From Octopus sinensis (taxonomy: Eukaryota): DNA of 64,000 bases. How positions within the stretch are numbered: position 1 is the first letter of the stretch; each line of letters begins with the position of its first letter. The stretch spans positions 29,636,001 to 29,700,000 of the forward strand of contig NC_043012.1 of assembly GCF_006345805.1 (NCBI RefSeq), read 5' to 3'. Below are positions 35,687 to 47,404 of this stretch, piece after piece. The position numbers were made by a program, and so were the translations under genes. The notes beneath the pieces are model-generated. The model was not told the DNA's origin. It did not search any database and worked only from the letters and a program-made list of their open reading frames with translations.

Positions 35687-35729
35687 GTTGTTATGGTAAC
35701 AGACAAGTTCTTGTTGTTGCCATGGTAAC
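35687..35729. promoter_or_regulatory. Tandem pair of RFX X-box-like motifs
   Basis: GTTGTTATGGTAAC (35687-700) and GTTGCCATGGTAAC (35716-729); the second is a perfect match to GTTNCCATGGNAAC. Confidence 0.45.
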
Positions 35730-37101
35730 AGATGCTCAATGTGTGAGATGATGATGAGAGATGACCACCAAATCAAGTGACCATGAATGGCGATGGAACA
35801 AGACCAGCTAGCTCTAAAAAGCAGAGACCATTGTAGTTGTGGTAGAGACAGACAGAGAGTGGACACAGAAGAATGTTTATAGAGGATGGAGTATGTTCAG
35901 GAGGGATTCGTTTTATTTAGTTGGCTGATCCTTTTGGAGAAGCAGCAATGTCCAGATTGTGCAATGTGTATTCTGTTTGGGGTCAAGCTTCTTTGGACTT
36001 TGTATTTATGTTGTTACATTGGCCAGACTGGTGTCCTCATCTTGATTGTTACTTTCACTATCTTTCAACTGTTGCACGCTCCAGCCTTCTTCCGGTGTCT
36101 TGTGATTCACTTGAGTGCCTTGCCTGGAATTGAACTCAGGGCCTTTATCTACTATGCTATGCCTGTAGGCAGTGACAGAGTGAAAGCAACAGTGAAGATA
36201 AGGAGGATGCCACTCTGACTGGTGGAAATGGTGTACACAATATGAATTCCTCATCTCAGCAATGCAGAAATGGTAGTATTAGAATTTGTTAAGGGTTGGA
36301 GTATGTTGGGGCTATGGGGAGGAGCGGTCAGTTTTTGGGATTCAGTTGTTGCTCTGTTGTGGATGTGAGATCACCAGGACAGGTAATTAGGGACAGAGGG
36401 ACCTGGCATTTGGAGTAACTTTGAAGATTTTTAGTTGCCTCTTGTCCTTTCTAAGAGAGCAGTGGAGATTTGGTGTGAGGTGTGTGGGTTGCCTGTGGAA
36501 TGGTGCTTGGTTGTAGAACAATCTTCAGGAATGGAGAGTTAGTATCATCTTGGCCAGACAGTGCTCAGTCCTGTCATCATAGCATGGTCATTATCATCAC
36601 CATCACTACCAACACCATTATCATCATCATCACCACTATCATCAGCGTCACAAACTTTGTAGTTGTCATCATCCCCATCATCATCATCATCCACATCATC
36701 ATCGTTATCATCCTTATAGCTAAATCAAGAAAAGAAGTGCAATGTTAAGCATTAAATCTCTGCTCCCAGTGTAATGCTAGCCCCCCTCCCCCCGCCACTT
36801 TGCTCCCCTCCTCTTGGTGCCTCTCTGGTGCCAGTGTGTAATATGTAAATTACAGAGCAATGATGTATGGCAGTACAAGTAATCACCGTCGACGATGCCG
36901 CTCTCTTCGAATAATGGAATATCAATTAAGTGAAATGGATCTTGATGGAAATGTCTTTGAGAAATGTTATTAAGACGTTAGTTGTAATTCCAGACTTTAG
37001 TACAGGGAACCCACTACTGCAATATCACCACCACCAGCAGCACTGGCTTTGGGGCAGTGATCAAAAATTGAAAAAAAAAAATAGCTCAATGAAATATATA
37101 C

Positions 37102-37152
<51 letters not shown>

Positions 37153-37185
37153 TATGTATGTATATATATATATATGTACGTACAC

Positions 37186-37225
<40 letters not shown>

Positions 37226-37399
37226 GAACATATATATATATCAAAGAAAAGAAAGGTGACAGCTAGATAGATGGATGGATATTGCGTGCCTTTTCCTTTT
37301 TACATTTTTTTTTTTTTGTAAATTCAGAAATATCTGGAGAATGTTTGGTTCTGCGTGTATGTTGGCATTTGACAGAATTACTACACATGCGTCTGTGTG

Positions 37400-37870
37400 T
37401 GCATGTGAGTAATATAGCAAGAGTGATGGACCAAGTTATCAAAGTAACAGAGAGCATTATAATAGAACTAATTAGAAAGAGAATTATCTCAGAAGGGATG
37501 CTGGTCGATTTTGTGCCTGAATAAAGGGCCACCAATGCAGTCTCCCCTGTGCAACAATTTATGAGGATAAGTTTTTAGCTAAGAGAACCCCTTTACCTTG
37601 TATTCATTGACCTGGAGAAGGCATTTAACAGGGTGCCACACTCTGTAGTCTGATGCTTACTAAAAAAAAAAAGACTATGGCTAGATGAATGGGTTGTGAG
37701 AACTGCTAACCACAAGCCACACACAGAGGTCCTGTTAGCATGGTAAGAAATAGCTTTAAGTTCAGTAAGAATTTTAGTGTGCAGATGGTGTCCATTTTGG
37801 TTTGGTTCTCAGCCCCAATATTGTCTGTTATAGTTCTCCAGGCTATAAAGAGAGGAGTTTAAGAATGAAA
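37400..37870 (+). mobile_element. Degraded RTE-clade reverse transcriptase fragment
   Basis: MDQVIKVTESII..LIR.RI ... PLYLVFIDLEKAFNRVPHSVV ... LSP, corresponding to RT domains 2-4 of RTE, with stops and frameshifts. Confidence 0.75.
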
Positions 37871-37969
37871 CATCAGCTGGCAATTCAGTTTATTACTCCT
37901 CAGTTTCCATACATCTTGTACACACACACACATGCACAATCAATCAGGCAATATTTGGTGAATAATTGA

Positions 37970-38930
37970 GGCTTTTTGTTCACAATGCACTTGCTAAACA
38001 AATTCTCCTTCATGAATATAGGAAAGATTCATGCTGTCTGTTGTTTGCTGCATTGCTATGGTGTCAGGGAAAATACACTGTCCAGATATGTAATCATCAT
38101 TGAGAGACGGCTACCTCACAAAACTTCGTGAATTTGTTTGCCTTAGATTTAATTTAATAGGCTGTAGATTCTCAGGTCTAGACACTCTTCAGAAGGAATT
38201 TTCTCTGATGATGACACATCAACAATATTTCAGATCTTCATTTAAGTGATATTGTTGGTTTATTCAATATCTGAAATTTTATAGTTAAATACAACTTCCA
38301 GTTTCGGACTTTGTTAAGTGTGTTCTTTGTTTTCATGTGCATGATCCTTAATTTTCTTGACAAACTGGGACAAAAAAATAGTTTTCACTGATCAGAATGA
38401 ATGTAGATGTTGGTAATAATGACTTTTAAAAGTGCTCATGGTCAGTCCTGTGTTATTCCCTAGAGTGCCATCTAAGATGTTATTGACACAATATTTTACT
38501 GCTTTGGAAGTACAAGATTCTGTGAGCAGGTTGGGGGATTTTTGCATTTACAAGTTAGCTGTTGGGGTGGAGATTTTCTAGGTGTACGTTTTTGGTTAAT
38601 GTGTGATCTTGGAAGCAATGTTATCCAAGCAGAAATAACCAAACTTAATGTTATTGGTGCAGAAGAGTTTGCTGTGGAAAATGCCTTATTAGATATATAA
38701 AGTTCCTGGTTGTATTAGTAATTACATTCATGTTGGAAGATGAATTAAACCAACATACTTTTTCTTCCCGGATCTTCTATGGTGTGCAGGGTGCATCTTG
38801 TATACCAGACTCATTGCTAAAGTCACTTCTAGTTAAGGAGCAGCACAGCTAAAGACGTATACATTAGGAGATAAACTCTCCTACTTATTCTTGCAGCAAG
38901 ACTCCTTGTTAAAGCTGGTTCTGTTAAAAG
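37970..38930 (-). mobile_element. Degraded Penelope-like element (linker plus GIY-YIG endonuclease region)
   Basis: Minus-strand pieces KVCWFNSSSNMNVITN...LIRHFP...LHQ, NNIKFGYFCLDNI, LTCKCKNPPTC, CTSKAVKY, TGLTMSTFKSHYYQHLHSF, LSQFVKKIKD match PLE WFNPP..N, HFP, SYSC, C.C...CP, Y.G.T..FK.RY..H..SF motifs. Confidence 0.75.
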
Positions 38931-40762
38931 TTATGTGTGTGTGTGTGTGTGTTAGGGCCTTCTGTAGTGATAGTGGTTTCCTGTGAGTGAATCTGGGTTT
39001 TATGTTTGAGGTTTGCTAACTGTTATGTTGAAATCAAACTCATTGAATATTCCTGTTCAATCCTTTCTGAATCTATCTATCTATCTATCTATTTTTTATT
39101 ATACTACTACTACTGCTGCTACTGCTGCTGCCGCCAGCTAGCAGAATCATTAGAGCATTCTTCGCTGTCATTGTTTTTGTTGTTACTCTCTAGTTTAACC
39201 GGGATCAGTTCCAACCAGAGTCATTCTAGCTGTGTGGCAACTGACCCTTTTTAAGGTTATCTAGGACCACATAATTTTATGCGTCCTTTAAGTCAGAGCT
39301 ATGATATAAAGGTGGTTTGGCTGCTATTTCTTACAGATCAAATGACTGCATAATGGCTATCTCATTTCTGTTGTTGTTAGAGGTGACAGATACTCAGGCA
39401 GTTGATTGCTTGATAGTGTGGTGGTGGTGGTGGTGGTGGTGGTGGTGGTGGTGGTGGTGGTGGTGACAAGAGAGCTGGGGGGGTGGAGTGTTATATGGGA
39501 TTCAGTGAAAAGATGAGGAAGAATGAATGCCGCTGCACAGCAACTGTTCATTAGAGATGTGATAAAATTTGCACTTTTATATGATCCAGCTGGGGTCAGA
39601 TTACACCATTGGCTGGAGATAGACACTCAATCTACACACACACACATGTAGATACATATACATATGAATGCATATATATATATATACACAAACACTCACG
39701 TACACATACATATGTGTATTGTATATGTATGTGGGTGAGATGGGGAGAAGTGTGTTTCTATTGCCTCAGGTGTCTGTATCTTTGTCTTCGTTACCACACT
39801 CACACACACGTTGATGATGTTTGCTCTGGGAATGTAAATAACAAAACCAATAACAATACTTTTCATTTTTATGCATCACTACTCAGAATAGGGTTCGGAA
39901 CACACCACATGGACCCTCCTTTAGTTGTAGGGGTTGGACCTTTAAAATTGTGTCAGGAGTCACCAGACCCACACAACTGTCCATAGATCTGCTTCATTCC
40001 CTCTTTCTCTCCCTCTCTCTTTCTCTCCCTCTCTCTCTCGTCAGCCATCAGCCACAAAGAATCCTTACCTTAACCCTTCCTGCTCCTCTTAGTTTTTGTT
40101 ATTTCCATTTTCATCAACACTTCAGGTATACTTTACTTAATTCTAATAACCTTTGCAAAGCTGGTTGGTCTGTGTCCCCTACAACAGCACAAACCCTCTT
40201 ATACTACAGAGCCACTGTAATAGAAGTACATAGGGGCTGCAACAGACTTTATAGGTGCAGAGGACCTATACAGACTTTCTGGCAGCACATACAGGACCTG
40301 TACCATTCCTTGTAACAGCAGTATGTAAGGCATTGGTCTACGACATTCCTGGTCACACCTTCTTAACCCTAATTCCTTGCCTTGTACCACAATCATATTT
40401 ATAAGATCCTTGGAGATATTTATTGATATTTGCACCAACACTCTCTGGAATCATCTCTCTGTTTCTAACCACACTGCTATGTGTCAGGGTGTGTTGACCA
40501 GGTAGATAGACAAAGGCACTGTATAACCTTCAACTGGGTAGACAGACATTGTGTGTTGATATTGACTCAACAGGCACATGTAGTGTATGGACACTGCGTA
40601 GATGATGTTGACAAATATATCACATCCAGTGGAGTTTTCTCTCCTAATTTCTTTCCAACCAAAACGCATGCTCCACTTTCAACTCCAATGTTTTCCTGTC
40701 AAACAACACCACATTTCATTACTTTCAGTGTGAATATATATATATATATATACACACACATG

Positions 40763-40999
40763 CAAATTAAGAGGAATGACCACCAAAGTGGATTCCTAAT
40801 ATGCTAAAAATACACATTAAATCACCTAACCACAAAGAGTGTGTTCTCAAGATAAATTTCAGCAAATGCCAGAATGTAAAAATGAGCAAATGGTGTTTGC
40901 TGAAATTTTTCTTGAGAACACACTCTTCGTGGTTAGGTGATTTAATATCTATTTTTAGCATATTAGGAATCCACTTTGGTGGTCATTCCTCTTAATTTG
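40763..40999. mobile_element. Palindromic MITE (109-bp arms, 19-nt loop), probably Tc1/mariner-type
   Basis: Arms 40763-40871 and 40891-40999 with about 6 mismatches. Flanks TG|CAAATTAAGAGG ... CCTCTTAATTTG|TA, consistent with a TA TSD whose left copy is mutated. Confidence 0.85.
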
Positions 41000-41090
41000 T
41001 ATGTATGTATAATTTTTAATATTTGGATTTTTTAAATATGCTAAGCCACTGGTTTTGATTAATATCAATTTCTACCCTCATTATTTAATT

Positions 41091-41128
<38 letters not shown>

Positions 41129-41296
41129 AAAGGGATAAATGATCCTGGTGGACATCGTATTATCTCGCAAATGGTAGAATAGAGGTGATTATAAGACCAA
41201 AATTCAATTGAATATAAAAAGTAATGGTACCACCTTCAACTTAATAACCAATGCAGGAAGATTGTTTAAATTAGTTCGCTTTGAAAATGTTGTGAC

Positions 41297-41387
41297 TGAT
41301 GGACCCCTGATGAAATTGCAGTGACTAGGATGCATAATTGCATACAGAGCAATGTGCAGTCGCTGCATTTGAAGCATATGTCCATCA
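41297..41387 (+). ncRNA. Type-I hammerhead-like motif H4 with long stem II
   Basis: CTGATGA (41307-13), 12/13-bp stem II (41314-26 / 41358-70), GAA-GCATATGT-C (A15.1>G; near-palindrome, GUC site). Flanks TGATGGAC / GTCCATCA are complementary. Confidence 0.55.
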
Positions 41388-41533
41388 TTCTTATATAGGC
41401 TGTAGAAAACTTCAAAACAAAAAAAAAAGTTTTCAATATGAATAAATTCTCCTTTTCATTCTCAGTTATATATATATATATCTATTTTGTATCACATCTA
41501 AACTAACTATGACTCAATTTTCCTCTCACACCA

Positions 41534-41583
41534 TCTCTGATGAAGGGATATTATTAATTAATATCCTAGAAACAGCTGTAAGA
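41534..41583 (+). ncRNA. Minimal type-I hammerhead-like motif H5
   Basis: TCT-CTGATGA-A-GGGATATT ATTAATT AATATCCT-A-GAA-ACAGCTGT-A-AGA. Intact core, 8-bp stem II, perfect palindromic helix III, GUA site, 3-bp helix I. Confidence 0.7.
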
Positions 41584-41651
41584 CCTTCTATCTATAAATG
41601 CTCTAATACCTATACAGCCTTGGTTTTTTATCTTAATACACAAAAAATTCT

Positions 41652-41686
<35 letters not shown>

Positions 41687-41719
41687 TATATATACATTCA
41701 TACAGACAGACAGACAAAA

Positions 41720-41757
<38 letters not shown>

Positions 41758-42004
41758 TCAACACACACACATATATATATGCATTAAAATTTATGCTTTT
41801 GTATTGTGCATGTATATAGATAGATGTATACCGGTTAGGCTTAGAACAAGCAAAACAGAACTCAGAATAATAGTATACACACACACACACTTTGAACATT
41901 CCTTACACTAACCTAAGCTTTGCAGATCCTGTAAAAGCAATAAAGCTTCCTCTCTCTCTCTCTCCCACATTTTCCTGTTTGTCAACAGTACAGGTGAAAG
42001 AGTG

Positions 42005-42129
<125 letters not shown>

Positions 42130-42583
42130 TCAGATAACAGCTCAGGTGAGAAAGAAGCACCTCCAAAGTGTGTGTCTGTGTGTCAGCTTTCTTTTCCAGT
42201 GTGTCAACTATTAAAACAGGTTAGAGAGATACCCCCCAACTTGTCTCTCTCTCTCCTTTTGGGGTCTGATCATCAATGCAGGGAAGACAAGAAGGGGGTG
42301 GGGTGGGAGATTTCCCAGATATCTTACCTCTCCTCTTCTCCAGTCTCTTTCCTGCACAGACAGTGAGAGAGGGAGAGAGACTTCCACTCTCTCTATGTCT
42401 CTCTCCTTCCACCCCACCCCTCTCCCAATCTGTCAACTCTAGCATTGGATATTTTGTTGTCTCTGTAAACTGATGCCTTTTCTTTTGTGGCTTTTCAAAT
42501 CTTCAAATGTGGGTGAGTGCATACATGTGGGTGGGGGTGTGTGTGTAATGCATATGAGCTTTCTGTTCAGGGTTTTCTTTTTG

Positions 42584-42615
<32 letters not shown>

Positions 42616-44100
42616 ACACCTTTACTGGTAAAATATCTGCCAACCTCCCTCTCTCTCTCTATCTACCTTACTTGTCTATCTCTTCCTTTTAAAATGTGTT
42701 AATAGAGAACTGGCCAGTGAGAGCAGTGGCAGTGGCGGCCACGTTGCTTGTTTTCATTTAGACTTTTGACCATTGTATGGGAATGAAATCTGAATCCTCA
42801 CTCTCTCTCTCTCCCTCCCTCACTCTCTCTCTCTCTCTCTCTTGGTGGTGCTGGGGTTGGGGGGGTGTCCAGATATTCCTGAAGATAAGATATGTGGGGA
42901 GAAAGAGAGACAGAAGCAATTAAATATATAAACATTTACAATGAAACTGGACAGGGTGGGTGATGTGGGGGGGGGGGTAAAGAATTGTTGGAGACAATGT
43001 TGTTTAATGCCCATCTTTTAACCCTTATCCAACCCCCCCCACCCTGATCATAAATGTTCCAGTCAAGACCGTTCTGTTGTTACATTATCTTCCATGTCCT
43101 TCCAAGTTTTAAGCAGTGGAATATCATTTGGCTGCTATTTCTACCAATTTGAGTGACCACATAGAAACTCTTGACTGTTTTGGTGTATATTCATTCTCCT
43201 GACATTTTCTATGACAGTCATTCTTAACTAGGGTCTGTATGGTCCCTTGGGGGTGGGATCCATATAAGATGTCGTCATTAAAATTTATCTGCAATAAATT
43301 GGTCAAAGCTTCACAATTCACAAAATATTTTAACCATTGTTTTAATACAATTCCTAATATTTAATTCTAAAAATATAATAGGAGTTTTTGTTTTAAACAT
43401 CAACTGGCTGGGAGGAAGGGGTACCTGAGTAAAATAGGATTCAAAGGGGGTCCATAGGCAAATAATTGAGGAGAAACACTGAGTGATGCCATGTAGTGTC
43501 GAGTGGTACATCATCATACAGTTTGAAAATGACCAAGCTGGTGCCTAAAATTCTTCAGCTTTTTAAGGATGCACCAACCCTGAATAAGATCTTCCAATTA
43601 TGGAGACCGCAAAAGGATTCAACAACAAAAATATGTCACTGCTTTTCATTTAGTTGTCTTTCTCCCTTATTTTTCTTCATTTCTGACTGTGTGGCTAAGA
43701 AGTTTGCTTTCCAACCACTTGGTGTCAGATTCAGCCTCACTGCATGATCTCTTGGGCAAAGGCCTTCTATAGCCCCCAGCCAGCTAAAGAAAATAGGCTT
43801 TGTGTGTGTGTGTAGCATTCTTATACTCATTGCCTGTCACCAAGCCTAGTATGTACACTTATTTTGTACCTTGTATGTTAACTCTGTCTCTCTTTTACTC
43901 TCTCTCTCTCCATCATGTAAAGCCTGACTGAACAAACCATCCCACCAACCAGCCAGCCAGCCAGCATTTATATCAGCTATTATTTATTGACCTTCAAGAC
44001 TTTAAGGCTAGAATTTTCTAGAATTCATCAGAGACCAGTTTCAGACTTGAATAACTATGAAATATCAGTCACAGGTGAAGGAGTCCTCCACCCAACTAAA

Positions 44101-44255
<155 letters not shown>

Positions 44256-44632
44256 AATGTGGCTGTCTACAGTTTCCATCTCTTGGTGCCTCACTTTCAC
44301 ACTCCAACATGTCAGTATTGCATGTGATCCAGTATGACCCTTCAACTTCATGAATGAAGGGGATTAAGGGTTTGGTTTCAATCCCTCCTTTTATTTGCCA
44401 ATTGTTCCCTTTCATACAAAAGGGAGTTTTGATTTGAACAGACCTTTGTTTACAGTATCTGTTTATTGTGGTGGAGTGGCTCAGTTGTTATAGCACCGGA
44501 TAGGGTGCTTTGTGGTATTTGTTCTGACTCTCTATGTTGTGAGATCAAATCCTACCAAAGTCAGTGTTGCATTTCATCCTTTTGGGGATTGATAAGTAAT
44601 AAAAATACTCATCTTGTGCTGGGGTAAATTCT

Positions 44633-44685
<53 letters not shown>

Positions 44686-45873
44686 ATCTCTTCTCTCTCT
44701 CCCCTACACACATTGCAGGATGTAGACATTCACTTCAATCACACACACCCACACCATACATGAGAGACTTCCATGGAATTCTTATCAACCAATTCCACTC
44801 ACAAAGCATTTGTTGGCCTGTAGCCTTTAGTTGCCCCATGTATTGCACAGTGAGATTGAACATGGAACCACATGGTTTTAAAAACAAACTATAGTCACAC
44901 CAGTATCTTTTGTTTTCTTTTTTTACAAATCTCAACGCACTGGTTATCAATCATGTCAATCACACCTGTTGGAAGGGTCAGTAAGTCATTAGTCACTGTC
45001 ACTATATATCCTTGGGATATATAGTGGTTGGGTCATTTGGTATCATTTATCTCCCCTAGATGACCATTTCTGCTTCCTCATATTTAAGCGGCAAAACAAC
45101 TTTGATGTCACTTTTATCCAAGCTTTATAGCGAGGGCCAGAAACTGACACCTCTCAAACATGTTCACGTGACCCACCCATCTGAAAAAGCATCGTTAGTA
45201 GGAAGATTTTGTGGACGTAAAGTTTGAGAGAGTGTATGTGTTTGTATTTTGGGTGGTCACTATGGGAGATTATCAGAGATTAGTGGCATTTGTAAATCTT
45301 ATAAAGGTTTTTGGTTGTGTTCTGTCTTTGAATGGATGTTAGGGTTTGTGAGAGGGGGGAGGTAATAGACAAAGGTAGAGTGATGGAAGCACCACCACCA
45401 CCACTCTGTTGTTCAGAGATAAAGGCTATGAAATAATAGGTTGAGGGTGGGGGTGAAATGGACAAAATCTGGCAATCCTTTTGTTTTTCTTCCTCTATTT
45501 TTCTCCTTCATTGTGTAAGATGGAGAAGCAGTACATGGGCTTTTCGGTTTTCTTGTACCAATAAGTTGTCACAACCTCTCTCTCCCCTTCCTGCATGTCT
45601 GTCTGTGTGTCCTTCTGGAAGTTAATACTTTTCTAACTTACAGCCTGTTCTTGGTAATAATAACCTCTACCACCTCTGCTATTATTTCCACCCTGCCCCC
45701 TGTCCAACCCTCAGATCAGTGCGCCCCCTCCCCTCCAATAACTTCCTCCACCTTCACAACAGCCATCTTGGTAATCAGGCACTACCCACCCAATCACCCA
45801 CCCTCCAATGTAAATCTCTCCTCCCACCTCACCCCACATCCTATGTATACCACCCAAATAATAAATACTTTAA

Positions 45874-45910
<37 letters not shown>

Positions 45911-46245
45911 TCTCACCCTGCCTACCCTGCTTCAACTCACCCCCCCCCAGCTGTACTTTCTACTGGTCTGTCCATTATGTTCACTCCCTAACTCCCTTCT
46001 CCCCAACCTAGCTTCCAGTAATACATGAATCACCACAACTCTTAACACACACACACACACACCACCACCACCACCTTAATGGAGAGTTGTGGCAGTCATT
46101 GTTACCATTATTAGGGAGGGGGGGCACTTACCTGTCGTGTACCAATTAACACCCACCACCAACCCCCCACACCACTGCATGTCTAAACAAGATTACACAC
46201 ACCTGTATGTTTTCTCTCACTTTCAACAACACACACACTCTCTCT

Positions 46246-46291
<46 letters not shown>

Positions 46292-46303
46292 ATCTATATA
46301 TAT

Positions 46304-46336
<33 letters not shown>

Positions 46337-46438
46337 CTATATAAATAAAATATCACTTTCACTCTCACTCTGCAACACTTTTTCTTCTTTATCTTTCTCT
46401 CCCCCTTTCATTGTCATAACATGGTGTGTGAGTGTGTG

Positions 46439-46496
<58 letters not shown>

Positions 46497-47373
46497 TTAC
46501 TTCCTATCTCTCCCACTCTCATTATTTCTCAGTTTCTCCCCCCCCCCATCTCCCCTCCCTTAAAGAAATTGATCCTCTGCATGTCCTGACATGTGTGTTG
46601 TGGAAATATGGAGCAAGTAGGAAGGTGGCTGGCTTAAGGGGCGTGGGGAGGGAGAATGCAAGCCCCTGTCATGAGACTAGCTTTTAAGGGGACCCAGCCA
46701 GTTGCTCCTTATTGTTTGTGTTGGATAACACAACTCTTGTGTAACTTTTTGCTTCCTCAACGACCTGGTCTTGAGTTCAGTCCCATTGCGTGGCACCTTC
46801 ACCGAGGGTCTTCTACTATGGCTCCAGGATGAGTAAAGCCCATCGTGTGTGGGTGTCCCACCATCACTTGACCACTAGTGTTGTTGTGTTTACATCTCCA
46901 GCATGGCCACAGTCTAATGGCTGAAAATGAGACAACAAAAGCTAATTCAGAAAGCAAACAACAAAAAAGAACCTGAATTTTGCAACAATAACAACAACAC
47001 AGACATACCCCTCTCCCTCTCCCTCTCCCTTTGTTAATCCAGGTTGTATTAATTAAAAAGTTTGTGTAATTATTTTTCATGTCCTACATGTAAGCCACAG
47101 TGAAGTGACAAGTAACACATTGCACGCAAAAGGAGGACAGGCTGCAGTTGCCAATTGCAAGAAGGCACAGGTTACAGTTGATGAGCCACCAATGTTGTTG
47201 TTGTTGTTTTACCTGCTGATCCACTGGAATATTTTTTTCTCATTAACAACACTGTTTTAACTCTGATATTGCATACAGCCAGTCACTGGACCAACCGGCT
47301 GCTGTTGGACATCATATTTTGGTTGACCAACGGCTATCAAAGGTCAAGGTGAAACTATAACTGTAAGGGTTGA

Positions 47374-47404
<31 letters not shown>

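Noticed and set aside
38160-38195. Minus-strand CTGAAGA-GTGTCTAGACC-TGAGAAT hammerhead-like string within the PLE remnant
   Set aside because: GAAAC and helices I and III are not recoverable.
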